Below, in pieces: positions 51,333 through 64,000 of a stretch of 64,000 nucleotides of DNA. The number at the start of each line of letters is the position of its first letter. The stretch's first letter is position 1. The stretch spans positions 958,305 through 1,022,304 of the forward strand of contig MU054823.1 of assembly GCA_013239625.1 (NCBI GenBank), written 5' to 3'. The DNA comes from Lama guanicoe (taxonomy: Eukaryota). The position numbers and the translations under genes are program-made. Under the pieces are notes generated by a model. That model searched no databases. It saw nothing but the letters and a program-made list of their open reading frames with translations, and was not told the DNA's origin.

Positions 51333-54300
51333 CTACTTCTGTATCTGGAACAGGAAGAGCCGCAGGTTGATGTTCTTGGCGGCCAGCAGCTTGTTGCACT
51401 CCACGGAGTCGACGATGGGCAGCGGCACGTAGTCCGTCTCGTTGCTCTCGTTGGTGAAGACGAAGTGGTAGATGACGGGGCTGATCTTCACATCGTCATA
51501 TGGGCCCTTGAGCAGCAGGAAGGAGCACTCCAGCGGCGCCGTGGCCTTGCTCTTGAGGAGCAGCTGGAAGGAGAGCGTGCGCTTGCAGGACAGGTTGGGG
51601 TTGCGCTCCGAGTCGTTCACACGTGCCTTCAGGACCCACGTCTGGTTCAGCACCGTGAACCGCGGCGTCTCGTAGTACAGGCGCGTGATGAAGTCATCCG
51701 TGCGGTAGGGCCGGAACTGGACCTCTGTGGAGACAGACAGGCCGGGAGGGCCGGCAGTCAGAGCGGGCAGGGCCGGGTGGTGGCGCCTTCCCGACCGGCT
51801 GAGAACACAGGCTCAGCCAGGGAGGAAGGCAACTTACCAGGACACCATGCGCTCTACTTGGCACAAGGCAAGTCAAACGCGATTATGGCAAACGGAGGCG
51901 CACACAAGCTTGGGGGAAACGACTATAAACAGAAGTGACACGCATTAGCTGCATGGAGTCCAGAGGCTGCAAGAGGTGAGCGGCTGGCCCTGCCGGGCCC
52001 CTACTGGCGTCCCTCCTTGCCACCCCTCAAGGCCCAGCAGAGGGAGAGGCCCCGCCCCAGGGGCGTGGGTAAGCAGACACACAGACAGGATGCAGTTCTG
52101 AGAACAAGTGCACTTTATTGGTTCTGATACAGAGCTGCCAGAAAAGCCGGCAGGAGGGCTGGCGTGTGGCACCCAAGCCTGCGCTGGGCTGTGAGGCGGA
52201 GTGCCAGTGTCTGGCCCAATGCTGGGCTCTGCCAGCCGGCCGCAGGCCCGCCCGTCAGTGGGCGACTGCTGTCACACTGTCCTCTCAGCACGGCCCATGG
52301 CCTGCGAGTCACTCCACGGAGATGGCCAGTTGTTTCTGCCCGGCTGCCATTGCAGTCACGATGCCTCGGCCTGCCCGGACCCTCGAGGCCTGGCCTGGAC
52401 TGTCTGTGATACGCTGCCCACCAGGATGGCTGAGGCTACGACTAATCAGGGGCCGTGGCCTTTTGCTGCTGAGGCCCCAGGCCCTCAGCCTGTGGGGCCT
52501 ACACAGGCCTACACCTCGCCAGGCCCAGTCCAGGCAGCATGGTGTGACTGCTGCCTGTGGCTGCCCTTGATGCTCTGAGCCGGCCGCCTGGCGTGGGCTG
52601 GGCAGGAGAGGACCAGAATACCCCCAGCAGCTCCAGCGACAGCAGGTGCTTCTTGCTGTTCTCTGTGTCTAGACCAGCTTCTGGCCTGACTCCTGCTCCC
52701 CAGCGTGTCCAAAGGCAGTGGTGGTGGCCAGGAGAGCCCAAGAGATCCAGTGGGCCTGGGTGCAGTCCAGCCTGCCCATCCCAGGGCGTCCACGCCCAGC
52801 TCTGCAGCTCGACTTGGGGACCCTCGGCTCGTTCTGGAGCCCTGGCCCTGACTGTCTTCTCGCTGGCCTCAGGAGGCCCACGGCCACTGCAGTAACCGCC
52901 TGTAGGCAGGACGCGACGTCAAGTACTCTTCTTGCCCCTGGCTCCAAGGGGCGGGCCCCCAGCTCCCAGACCCCACAAGACACACTCACTTCCTGGTCAG
53001 ACCCTGACCGTCCCAAGGCTGTGCTGCCCCACGCAATAAGGACACCGCCTTGCTGGGGTGGCAGGGCTGGGGTTGGGAGGACAGGGGGAGGGGCCTCTGT
53101 GAGAGCCATGCAGCTGCCCCCAAGGGTCCTGGTGGCCCCTTCCCTGCCCAGCCTCCAGCCCACCTTCTCCCCTGCAGCGGAGCCTGTCCACCTGGTACAA
53201 CTGTGCCCACTGCCCGGAGCCTGCTCTCCCCCATGCCCCTGGCGGCCGGGCCCCACCCCGACCTGTGTGGTTTGCAGTGGGCGGCGGCCCTCACCTGTGT
53301 AGCCGATCTTCTCAAAGCTGAGCAGGCTGAAGATGCTGTTGTACAGCTGCATCTCCCTGCGGTGGCTCTGGTCCATCTCGTCCAGGATCTCCATCAGCTC
53401 GTTGCCCGTCTTGGTTGGGTGGGCGCACGCGGCCTCATGCACCGTCAGCTCGTGGAAAGGGCCATGCCATGGGCAGCCGATGCGCTTGTACTTGCACTGG
53501 GTGACCCTGGGGAGGAGGCAAGCACGGTGGTCACGCCTGCGCCCCATGGTAGGTGGCTGCGCCCAGGGGTCCTCCAAAGGGGGGGCCTCCACCCAGCCCT
53601 GCTCTCACAAACCTCCCCTGAAGGGCACAGTCCCTGTGTGCCACCCCGGGAAGGGCTCAGAGCACGTGGGGCAGAGACTGAGAAGGAGCGTGTGGGAGCT
53701 GCATCGTGAAGTCTCTCTCCTGCTTGGCGACAGCTGCCACTGACCATGGTGGGGCCCACACTGCTCTGGTCCACGTGTGGCTTGGCAGCTGGGCCCTGCC
53801 GGCAGGCAGCAGTGTCCACCAGCCAGGCAGGGGTGCCAGTGCGGCCTCACAACTCGCTCCCAGAGCGCCTGTGCCACCCATGCTCTCCTGGCCCAAGAAT
53901 GCAAGGACAGTGTCTAAGAGGCCACCACACTGCCAGGAAGAACCCTGGAGGGCCAGGGTAATGTCCAGACACACACTAGCTACAGATCCCAGTGCTGTTC
54001 TGGGGGGCCTTGTGCCCACCACCCCCATCGGCCCAGGCTCTGAGCAGCTTCACGTGGCCAGTCCTGCAAGGTTGTCGCCAGGCTGCGGGCATGGAAGGAC
54101 CTGCCAGTTACCTGTCCTGGCACTCCTCTTTCTGGTGCCTCTCCAGGAGGGAGCGGGGGAACTGGCACAGGCAGAAGCCACACTCGGAGGGCAGCTCACT
54201 CACAGCCTTCTCCACGGCCAGGTTGCGGCAGCAGAGGCTCTTGCTGATCTCGCAACGACAGTTGGGGCACGTGGCCTGCTCCTCCTTCAGCCGGGCATCT

Positions 54301-57300
54301 GCTAGTAGGTGGATAAAACAGCCAGCGCACATCAAGTGACCGTTAGTACACTGCGAAGAAGGAAAGGGAGATGAAGCTCACAGACCTGCGGGACTTGCAC
54401 AGCCGCACGCGCCCCCTCCTCCCCACCCTCCGCTGGCCGGCCCAGGGCTCCAACTGCATGAAGGGCCCCAGGTGCGCAGGTGTTTGACAGGAGAGCCAGG
54501 CCTCTCTCCTGGAGTGCTGCAGGCTCAGCCAGTGGGGCCCCGGTGGAAGGGGTGTCTTGAGGGTGGCCCTTGTCGGCTTGCAGAGGTTACAGCCCTTCAT
54601 AAAGGCAGGCCCACTGGCGGAGACTGCTTTAAGCACACTGGGGCTGGGGGCCTGGCCTTTTCCCATCCTGGGGCCAGGAGTCCCCCACAGAGCCTGACGG
54701 AGACATCTACAGGAATGGGGGCACTCAGCCAGGCATGGCAGTGGCCCTCAGCACACAGCTGAGTGGGCAGCAGACTCTTCCTACACCCCCTCCCTGGCTC
54801 AGGTCAACCCCCAGCCTGACCCCTCCATATCGGCCTCCCCGGCCAGCACAGGTGAGAAGCCAGCTGCACCTACCCAGTGAGGCTGGTTCCCTGTTGTGGC
54901 AGGTGGGGAAACCCAGGACGAGGGCACGTGGGCAGGGCCTGCCTGTGGGAGGTGGGGATGGGGGCTGCAGGCAGGGGGTGTTGCTGCCCGTACACTCTGG
55001 CTGGGGGTCCTGGCCCGTGGGGATAACAGGCTGCCAGCTTAGCTACCCAGGGTGTCTCACTGTCCACACACACCCCCTGAGCACCTACCTGGTGCTGTTG
55101 GGAGACATCCAGGGGCAGTGGGCCTGGCCCCGCAGGGGCTGACAGGGTTGGGGGAGGAGAGCCCCCCATGGGAACAAGAGGTGCAAGAGCAAAGGCTTGA
55201 GCCAAGTGTCCTCTGGGGTAGACAGTTCCCCCAGGTCCACCCCAGGGGCTGGTGAAGAGGGGCAGGCACAGGGGTCTCACAGAGCCCAGGGAGTCCTGGG
55301 AGGGATGTGCAGGAACCCACTGAGGGCACTGGATCTCCACTGGGAGACTGGTGAGCAGGCAGGCCATGCTTCCACAGGCCCCACCGGCCATGCAAACCTC
55401 CAGAAAGCCACTGGGCTACAGACTTCCTCGGGGCCCAGGACCCTTCTGAGTGGGATACAGGGTGGCAGAGAGACTCACCGGGCCACTGCCTGGCCAAGCC
55501 CGTACATGATGGGGGCCTTGAATACACCAGCTTCCATCCCATTGCCTCAGGGGTCCGCGCACCCTGAGCTGAGGGCTGGAGGAGGCTGAGTGAGCTCTCA
55601 GCACCCATGGGCTGTGCCTGGGGTCTAGTGAGGGATGTGACCTGTGTGCTGAAGACCGATAGTGGGAATTCGGGGCTGGGGACAAAGGCTTCATTCACAG
55701 AAGCCACATCTGCACAAATGCCACAGTCTAGCTGCACTCAAATCTCAATTTCTAAGTCAGTTCAAAACTGAAAACGTACAAGAGGAGGAAGGTGAGCTGG
55801 CTGGCTCAGGCTTGGAGGAAGAGCATAGAGGAGGGGCCAACCAGCGCCAGGTCTGGACACACAGGCTGGCTAAGGTGGGGGAGTGAGGCTGGTTCTGAGA
55901 GCGGTCAGGGAGGAAAGCAGCCTATCCCGTCCCACCCTGAAGGTCAGTGGAGAAGCCAGAGACTCGGAGGGGAAGGGACATGGACACCAGAGCCTGTTGC
56001 CGCCCCGTGGGAGGTACAGAACAAGAGCCCCGGTCATACCTCCTCTCAGAGCCCTGGCCAAGGGACAGAGGCAAAGCAAGGGCTACAACTACAGCTTCTA
56101 TAAGGCAGGGAAGGAAGTGGTACCTGCTGCCTGGTGAAGTCCCAGTGAGGAAGCCAGGCAGGACACCAAGAACCGTGCCAGGGCCCGCAGGACACGGACA
56201 CTCAGACACCCCCACCAGGGCCTGGGGACCCCCCACTGTTTCGCGTGGCCAGCTCCAGTTCTACATGCCTCTTGATGAGATACTGCCCAGGCAGGGCCTG
56301 ACCCACGGGGTCTCTCCTGTCTCCAGGTGGCCCAGCCAGGCCCTGGGCCTGAGGGAGGGAGACTTGGGATGGAGTCCAGGGACCTCCTGAGGGGACCCAG
56401 AGGCAGCCGAATGTGTGACTGCTGACCTCCCAGCACTGCCCTGAAAGCCCACTGCTCTGGAGTGGACTGGGTACCCCACCTGCCAGGCCTCTCCTTAGAG
56501 CCTGGGGGCTGCAGGGACACCCAAGCTCCTGGGCCAGGCCCCACCGAGCCTCTAGGAGCCTCCAGACCCAACAAAGGCTCAGGTAATATGGCACCTGCCC
56601 TCCCCTGGACTCCAGGGAGAGGCAGGGTCACTGCGCCTTCAGCCCCAGCAGCTCAGCTCTGCGTCGGAACGTGGTGAACAAGCAAGATGCCCCGAGTGCT
56701 GCCAGTCTGGCGGGAGGGACCAGCTAACGTCCACGTGCAGCTCACCCTTACCAGCCCTGCAAGGGACGCTCTCTGGGTGGTCACCAGGTGGCTGCCATGG
56801 CCCCAGCAGACACCCAGCCCAGGTGATCTGTCCATAGTAGATAGTCACCATACTCAGTAGCCTTCCCCACCAGCCAGGCCCCCTGGCCTCCCAAGCAAGA
56901 CCCAACTCTGCAATGCAGACCTAGCCCAGGGCAGCACAGAGCCATCCCTGAAGAGGTTGGGCTGGACGGTACAGTCCTGCCCTAGTACCTGCCCCGATTT
57001 GCCCAGCCAGAAGCTGGGCCCTAGAAAACTCTGCCTGGCACCAGTCGCACACCAAGCCTCTGATGGACAGCACCAGCCAGGGCAGGCCCGAGTGCCCTAC
57101 TAGACGCTAGGGCCAAGCCCCCAAGAGCCTGGGCCCCTGAGAGCAGGTCCTGCCGTGCAGGCCAGGCTATCTTCCCACCGCCTTGCGGGAAGACCCCTGT
57201 GACAGGGAGGAGTAGGGAGAGGGGCTCCACAACCCAGGACAACATTGCAGGGCCTTCCAGGCCCTCCAAGCACAGATGATGGCTAGACCCACAGGTCTCC

Positions 57301-60300
57301 AGCAGCATGACTTCAGGCTGGTCACCTTCCTAACAGACCTTCAACTTCCTCACGCACAAACAGCAGCGAGGACAGGACCAGTCTTATTACGTGCTGAAGA
57401 GGTGGGATGGGACAATGTAAGCAGCACTGCAGCTTGGCCCCTAGCACACAGAGGGCACAGGGCTACTGTCCTCCCTGGTAATCACCCAGCAGATCCCCCC
57501 CGCTTGCAGAGCCTCAGAAAGAACTCCAGGCACAAGTCTATGATTTCAACAACACCCCCCTACCCTTGGGTTCTCCAGCCCCAGCCAAGCCCCTCTGCAA
57601 ATGGCCCAGAAGTGGGCATCTGTACCTGCCCGCATAGGACATCACCCAGCAGTCCCTCTGTCTGCCTGGCCACAGGCAGCTAATGGACACCCAGGCTGTG
57701 CGTGCCCGGAGTCTCCATCTGAACCAGCTTCTCCCCTGCGGGAGCTGAATCATCTGGACTCCTGAGGAGGAGCCCTAGCCATCAGGTCTTGAGACAAAAG
57801 CAGTTCTTAGAAAATGTCCCCAGCTTCTGGGGGCCAGGTCCTCAATCAGTAGGCCTTTCAGGCTTGGAATGCCTCAGACCCTGCTCCCCCCCATACTCTA
57901 CTCTTTATCACTAAAGGCAGGCTCCGTGCCCAAGAGGGCCGCATGGCACCCCACACTCTGCATGCTCAGCCCGAGGTTTCCTCAACCTCCTTCTTTCATT
58001 AAGGAACCAAGAAGGGACCATGCAGTGTCCAAGATGCACGGCTATCTCAGGTGAAGCCAGGACTCCAACCCTGCACAGGTTTTGAGTGTGAAGTCCTGGG
58101 CCAGTGGTTCTCATGTCACGCCACCCGGAGGGCCAGGACTTGGGTGGGGACCAGTCAAACCCGCAGAGTCAGGTTCTTGCTCAGGACCTAAGTGCTGCCC
58201 AGATTGAAAGGTAACTCAAATGACAAACATCCACCACAAAGACACTTCTCCTCTAGCCAGAGTCCAGAAAATTTCTCCTCTCTGTCCTTGTTTTGGATAG
58301 CTAAGCAAATACATTTTCAAAGCTCTTTTCTGCTACCTTTTTCATCTCAAAGCATGAGCCAGCCATAGTCTCGGAGCTGGGGAAGAGGATTCCAGGTCCT
58401 GTGGGTGGGCAGCCCCATCAGAGATTTCTTAAACATCACTTTGACCGGAGCCCGCAGTACCAGGCAGGCTGACAGACGCCAAGAAAGTGTGCTTGGAGGC
58501 TCCCCAAGGCATGTGCCCACATTGGCCAGGGCCTCCTCTGCTTTCTGGGCCTTTTACCAATGTGACTGCCGATCAGGTAACCAGCCCAACGGGCTGAGCC
58601 GAGTCCTGGGGGGGAAGGGACCTTAGGGGTGGGAGGTACAGTAGGTCATCCCCAATCCTCCCACTGGGCACAGTGGCAAGTGCCCCAGGCTGGTAGGATG
58701 GGACAGGTATCCTGCAGCCAGGAGAAAAGACCACCACAGCACCTCACTGGGGCCACAAGGAAGAGGACAGAGTGGGCAGGGAAAGGGAGAGGGCACTGGG
58801 CAGAAAAGGCACAGGATCAATGGGCTGGAGGGGCAGGGCCCAGGACTGAGCCCAGGAGCGGTGGGCAGAGGGGCCGGAAGGCCAGTTGGTGCCACATTCT
58901 ATGACAGAGAAACCCTGACTACTCCTCCACTGATGGGTGTCACAAGGAGCTTTCCTGGCTGAGAACTAGGTCGGGGTGGGAGAGTCTGGACCACAGCTCA
59001 GAGCCTCGGCTGACACCAGTAGGGTCAAGGCCAGGTTTGTCTCATGGAAGACACATTGGGCCTTGTGTGAAGGGCTGGGAGAGAGCTTGGGAGGGGTGTC
59101 AGTGTCAGGGATCAGGCTGTGGCTGCAACACTTCAGGCACCATCAACTGAGGCTGGGCCTCCCCTAAAGAAGGCAGAGGAACCAGATCACACTGCCTGCA
59201 TTCAGAACAGGGGCCAGTACAAGCTGCCCACCAACTGCTCCAGCACTGAACTCCTGTCTGAGTGTCCCTGCCACAACTCCAGCCTTCCTACCGCTGCCTG
59301 GTAGCCTGCTGCATGCCCACCCAAGACTCTGGAAGGTGGCTGCAGACCTTGTCAGGCCAGTCATCAAGGACATACCTAACACCCACACGGAGAACATCAA
59401 AGCCAACACCTGCTGTGCCTGCTGTAGTCCTGACCAAGCCTGACCTAACACAGGCCACTGGAAGAACCATTTGCATGAGTGCCCTGGTCTGACCCCAGAG
59501 ACAGTTTCCCAACCCAGGTGGTGTGATGTGCACGGCATGTGGGGAGCCGACACCGTGGGGCCAGGGGCTCGGATTAGGGCGTAGGGGAACAAGCCCAACC
59601 GTGCAGCCATGTCTGCTTCACCTCGCGAAGGCTGCTCTGGAGGCACAGGGTGGTGTCTGGGGGCCAGACAGCAAGCTCTCAAGCTAACTATGCACCCAGC
59701 CACCCCCAGAGGCCCAGAGAGTTGTCTCCCTCGGCCCCAGTGCCAGGCACAGTACACAGGGCTCAGCATGGCCACTGGCTCTTCCCCTCACCCTATAACT
59801 GAGCACCATCTGAAACTGCCCTCAGATGCACCGCATGGCTGCTGCCCGCCCTGAGCCGCATGTCCTGGTGGGGTCAGGCAAACCGTTGCCAGTAGGAACA
59901 GAGAGCAAAACACACCACATCCTGAGGCCAGCCCACCACAGACAACCAGTTCACATGACTCACCAGAGGACGCCAGCAGAAGTGGAGGGGCTGAGCCCAG
60001 GCCAAGGAGTGATGGCCGGCAGTGGAGCCCATGCCATCCTTGACCTGATCCTCCCGGGAGCAAACCTAGCTTTGATGGCAACCAGGCAGTGGTGCGGGCC
60101 TCCAGGTCCATCCCGACCCCCGCCCTCACGTCCCCAACCAGGTTGGCAGGGATGGTGAAACAGAACACTGCATGCAGCAGGGAGCCACTGAGAGGCCTTC
60201 CCTTGTTCCCCCAGCCCTCCCTCAGGCCCCTCACACCCAGGCTCCAGCACAGGCACGGCAGAGCATCCACAACCTACGTGGCCCTGACCCGTGGCAGGTC

Positions 60301-62637
60301 TTCCAGCAGCCCAAGTGAGTTCTGCCTCATAGCAGGGCTCCAGCCAACCCTTCCAGAACTGAGGGCTCTCCTGCTGGTCAAACGTTCTAAAGCTTTTTCC
60401 AAGCCTCTGGAAACGAGAGGGGAGCAACCCCTTGCCAAGGCCCCGAGTGGGGCAGAGGCCGGTGCCAGAACCCACAGCTCAGCACCAGTGGGCTCTCTTC
60501 ACTCAGCAGGCCTATTCCCAGGGAAGCCACTATGCAGAGCCCACGAGGCCATGAGAGAGGCCATGGGTCAGGTGGCCCCAGCGCCTTCACTCTCCATCAC
60601 AGCTGCTCAGCCGCCTGCCTCCAGTCTGAGCTCAGCTCCCAGCTCAGTGCGGGCCGGTTTAAACCAGCCAGGCTCAGAGGCCCAGTCACCACAGCTCCAG
60701 AGGCAAAGCTGCAGCTCTCTGTGCTGAGCGGCCCAAGAGCCGGCACCACATGGCCTGTTATCATGTCAGGTCCAGCTCCAATCCACTCACAGGAGGGGAG
60801 ATGAGGAGAACCCCAATTCCCCTATGCCACCCACCCTGCAACCACTAGCTTGGCTTCCTAGATTCTCATCCAAGGCCCAAGAAAGATTTCTTCCACCTGG
60901 CAGGATCATGGGCAAGGAAAAAAGAAGCCAGAGAAAGGACAAGTTCTGAGGGGCACCCATAAGGCATTATGAGAAGCCCTACCCCATCATGCTGGGCCAG
61001 GAGGCCTCTGGCCAGGAGCGTCCCAAAGCACAGGGGGGCAGGTTGAGAGCCTGTGTCTTCTCTCCAAGGAACTCAACCCACTTCCCCGCCCATGCCCCTT
61101 CCTTCCTCTCTCCATCACCCAGGTGCACTGGAAGCCTCCTGAGCAAGCCACCTTATACCAGAGTGGGACGGGTCTGGAGATCCAGAGGCTGGGGAAAGGG
61201 CAATCCAGACTAACTCTGCGCTGTTTACAACAGGTCTCTCTCACTCACAGCCCCCAATGTGAGTATAAGAGAGGGACAAGGCTTCAACAGCCGTGCCCAA
61301 CTTCTATAAATGCAAAGAAAGGTGATAGGGTATTGTTTCATTCTTCTAAGGGGCTCTGGAGGGAAGGGTTATCAGAGATGGAGAGACTGAGCTGGAGACA
61401 GACAACAGAGAAGGCAGGACACTGCACACTGGCCCTGGGACCAGAGTGTGGCCCCTGTGGCTATATGGTGCACACGGAAGAGCAACCTGGACCAAACACC
61501 CCCTTCGACGGCCCCGAGTGGGTTAAGGACTCTGAGTCCAGCCACCATGCTGGACCTTCATATAGAAGGAAAGTGGACAGACCTCCTGAAGCACTGGTAG
61601 CCCGGGAAGACAGGTCTGGCCAGGGTGAGGTGGGATGTGACAGGAGCCTAGCCCGAGGCCCAGCATGCCCAGAAGGAGCTGGACTGTGCTGGGGCTGGAG
61701 AAGGGACCCAAGCTGGGGGGCTTGATGCAAATGGTTCATCCAGACCAGGAATGAAGGGAAAGGGCAGGAAAAGAGGTATTTCCCTACATTTTCAACGTTC
61801 TTCTGGAAAGAAATGGCAAGGTGAAGCAGGTCCTTCTGCCCCCGAGAATAAAAGGGTACAGAATGCGCACGAGGACACGTTTGGGAGGTGTGTATGCCAA
61901 GGAAGAGAAAAGCAGCTCTTGATGAAGAGGGAAGACCAGGGCTCCTAGAGCCCAGGAGCTCAGGAATGAGGGGGTCACGCCCGGAGGTGGGGAGGGTGGG
62001 GAGGAGCGTGGGGATGTGTCACCAGCTTTCCCTGGGGTCAGCGTGAGGACTGGAGAGTGCTGAGGAGGGGCCAGCAGGGGACCTGAAAAGAGAAGAGGCA
62101 TCTCAGGAAATAATGGGAGTCAAACAAGAAAAAAATAGGGTTCCGAACAAGAAACAAGAAAGTCCTGAGAGGAAGAGAATGAGGAGCTTCCGAATAAGCA
62201 CCAGAGTCGCACCGCTGGGCCCCAGGGCTCGGGCCTGGCCTCCGAGGAGACGCGGTGCCTGGGGGCCGGCCGCGGCGGGGCTGGAGCCGGGCCGGGTCGG
62301 GGTCGGGCCGGCGGCCCTACCTGGTACACGGAGGCCTTGGGAAGGTCCAGGCAGACCGTGCAGCACAGAACCGAGTAGAGCCGCTCCTCCAGCTTCCCGC
62401 TGCCCGCCGCCGCCGCCGCCGCCGCCGCCTCGGCCGCCTCGGCCGCCCGTAGCCGCTTCTTGGGCGGCGCGTCGGGGTCGCCGGCCGCTTCTTGCAGCTG
62501 CCGGGCTCCGGCCAGGCCCGCCTCCCCTGGGAGCCCTGGCCCCGCCGCCGCGCCCAGCGCCGCCGCCGNNNNNNNNNNNNNNNNNNNNNNNNNNNNNNNN
62601 NNNNNNNNNNNNNNNNNNNNNNNNNNNNNNCGGACAT
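51333..62637 (-). CDS. ZFTRAF1: Zinc finger TRAF-type containing 1 (cysteine and histidine rich 1, CYHR1)
   Basis: Exons 62321-62637 (ATG 62637, interrupted by N-gap 62569-62630; Ala-rich, [19 protein letters not shown]), 54112-54350 ([11 protein letters not shown]...CPNCRC, RING-like), 53295-53506 ([16 protein letters not shown]-type zinc finger), 51333-51724 (...[12 protein letters not shown]). Confidence 0.93.
62404..62430 (-). repeat. (GCG)n poly-alanine tract in ZFTRAF1 exon 1
   Basis: Run of ccg triplets on the + strand, translating to EAAEA followed by a poly-Ala run and GSGK. Confidence 0.85.
62569..62630. other. Assembly gap within ZFTRAF1 exon 1
   Basis: 62 N in a GC-rich Gly/Ala-coding tract. 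The gap length is not frame-consistent, so it is an estimate. Confidence 0.9.
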
Positions 62638-62639
62638 CG

Positions 62640-63240
62640 CGGCCGGCCGGCCCGGCGGGCGGGTGCCGGCGCGCTCCCGCGGCTGGAGGTTAGGGGCGCC
62701 GCGCGCTCCCGCCGCCCTCTCGCCGCCGCCGCGACCCCGCAGCCCTGCTCCCTGCTCCGCCGCCTCAGTGGGTCCGGCCCGCGCGTCGCCCCGCAGCCGC
62801 CGAGGCCACCGACCCCGGCGCAGCCGCCATCTTTGTTTTCGCTGCGCGCTCCCCAGCTCCGGCGCCGCCGCCGCCACCGCCCCCTCGTTCTCCCAGTCAC
62901 GTGAGCTGCGCAAGGCCAATTGGAGTACCGAGCGGGCAAGACGGCGCGGCGGCCAGAACCAATGGGCGCGCGGAGGCCCACCCCTGCAGAAAGTGGGCGG
63001 GGCCCCAGGCGACCGGTGGAGGGGCACTCGCCCCGGCGGGGAAGTTCTGGGGTCTCGGGTGAGCGCTGCGCTTCCCACCAGTCCCGGACAACGATCACAC
63101 GCCTTGGGACCCCAGGAACGGAAGGCAGCCTCAGACCCCCGCGTCCGGGTGTGTCTGCGCCTTTGTCCTCCGACATGCAGGCTTGCGCGCGCGGAATTCC
63201 GACCTGGCTCGTAGGTGCGAGAAACCCCGCGGGCCACCCT
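62640..63240 (-). promoter_or_regulatory. ZFTRAF1 CpG-island promoter and 5'UTR
   Basis: YY1 motif gccgccatcttt (62823-62834), E-box gtcacgtgag (about 62896-62905), two CCAAT boxes (about 62916, 62959), GC boxes. Confidence 0.8.
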
Positions 63241-64000
63241 CTCCCTCCTATGCGGGATGAGATGTGTTTCCACAGGACGCAAGCGCAGGGATTCCCCAAG
63301 GGAGAGCTCTGGACCCGGAATCTAACCCCCTGCTTGGCCCAATCCCGTTGCCTAACCTTGTGGTTGGGACCTGAGTAGGGGTTCACTGAGAAAAGTGAGG
63401 TCTTAGGAAATCAGGACTTGCTTTGCATGGGTCAGAGGGCAAACGGGTGGAGGTAGAGTCAGCCCTGGGAGGGAAAGTGCATTTCTGGGAACAGATGTGG
63501 TACGGCCCTCCCTCCCTCACCAGGCCTTTGGCCCATGAAGGTCACTGCCTCAGAGGGCCACCTGCCAGACTGTGCAAGGATATTCAGAACGAGGCTCCAC
63601 CACATCCCAGGAGAGCAAGGTCTCCTATGTCTTCTCAGTCCAGCGGCCTTCCTGACAAAGGTGCTGGCAGGCCAAGCTGGGTGAGGCCCCAGGGCTGGTT
63701 GTAGTGCACTGCGCATGCCTTCCTTTGCTCAGGAAAACCAGTTGCTGCCCTGGGAGCCTTAGGAAGCTTACTGGAGGACCCCTCACTCCCTCTCAAGAAT
63801 GGGCATATTCCATATTCCTACTAAGTCCCTAAGGTTTATTGGAGACCGAGCATCTCTCTAGACCCACAACCATGGCCTGCCCAGAATCAGGCCCCCAAAC
63901 GTGCCTGGGATGTTGTTCCCCTCATTCTGGTCTAAGCAAGTCCTCACACTCAGCCAGAGAAGGAGACAGTGCCCAGCCTTTGCCACCCTGACCAGTCACT

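Noticed and set aside
51105-51938. 277-aa + strand ORF
   Set aside because: It is the antisense shadow of the high-GC3 ZFTRAF1 last exon.
54400-62300. Hidden gene (e.g. TMEM276) inside ZFTRAF1 intron 1
   Set aside because: No ORF with transmembrane or other recognisable coding character and no convincing exon chain was seen.
62103-63386. 427-aa and other long ORFs over the ZFTRAF1 island
   Set aside because: These come from GC-rich sequence and N-gap read-through. Only the 62321-62637 exon is supported.

Overview
GC-rich, gene-dense mammalian genomic DNA, syntenic with human 8q24.3. A Vic-1-like SINE suggests a camelid. Six spliced protein-coding genes are present: the 3' part of ADCK5 (+), then CPSF1, SLC39A4/ZIP4, VPS28, TONSL and ZFTRAF1/CYHR1 (all -). 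Exons were traced by hand from splice signals and checked for reading-frame phase. Three N-gaps are present. One hides a required CPSF1 exon and one lies inside ZFTRAF1 exon 1. There are four promoter CpG islands and interspersed L1, L2, MIR, LTR, hAT and SINE remnants. No prokaryotic-type systems, CRISPR arrays, tRNA or rRNA genes were found. The best leads are RNA-processing features. (1) CPSF1 has only a non-canonical terminal poly(A) signal, shared tail-to-tail with ADCK5, yet carries a complete canonical poly(A) cassette in intron 2, which could be an autoregulatory loop. (2) ZFTRAF1 has a candidate NAGNAG micro-exon that creates a stop across the splice junction, an intronic poly(A) site and a strong-Kozak uORF. 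(3) An ERV1-like LTR with a GAS/STAT motif sits just upstream of ZIP4. (4) TONSL has a GC-AG intron. These leads are hypotheses from sequence only.
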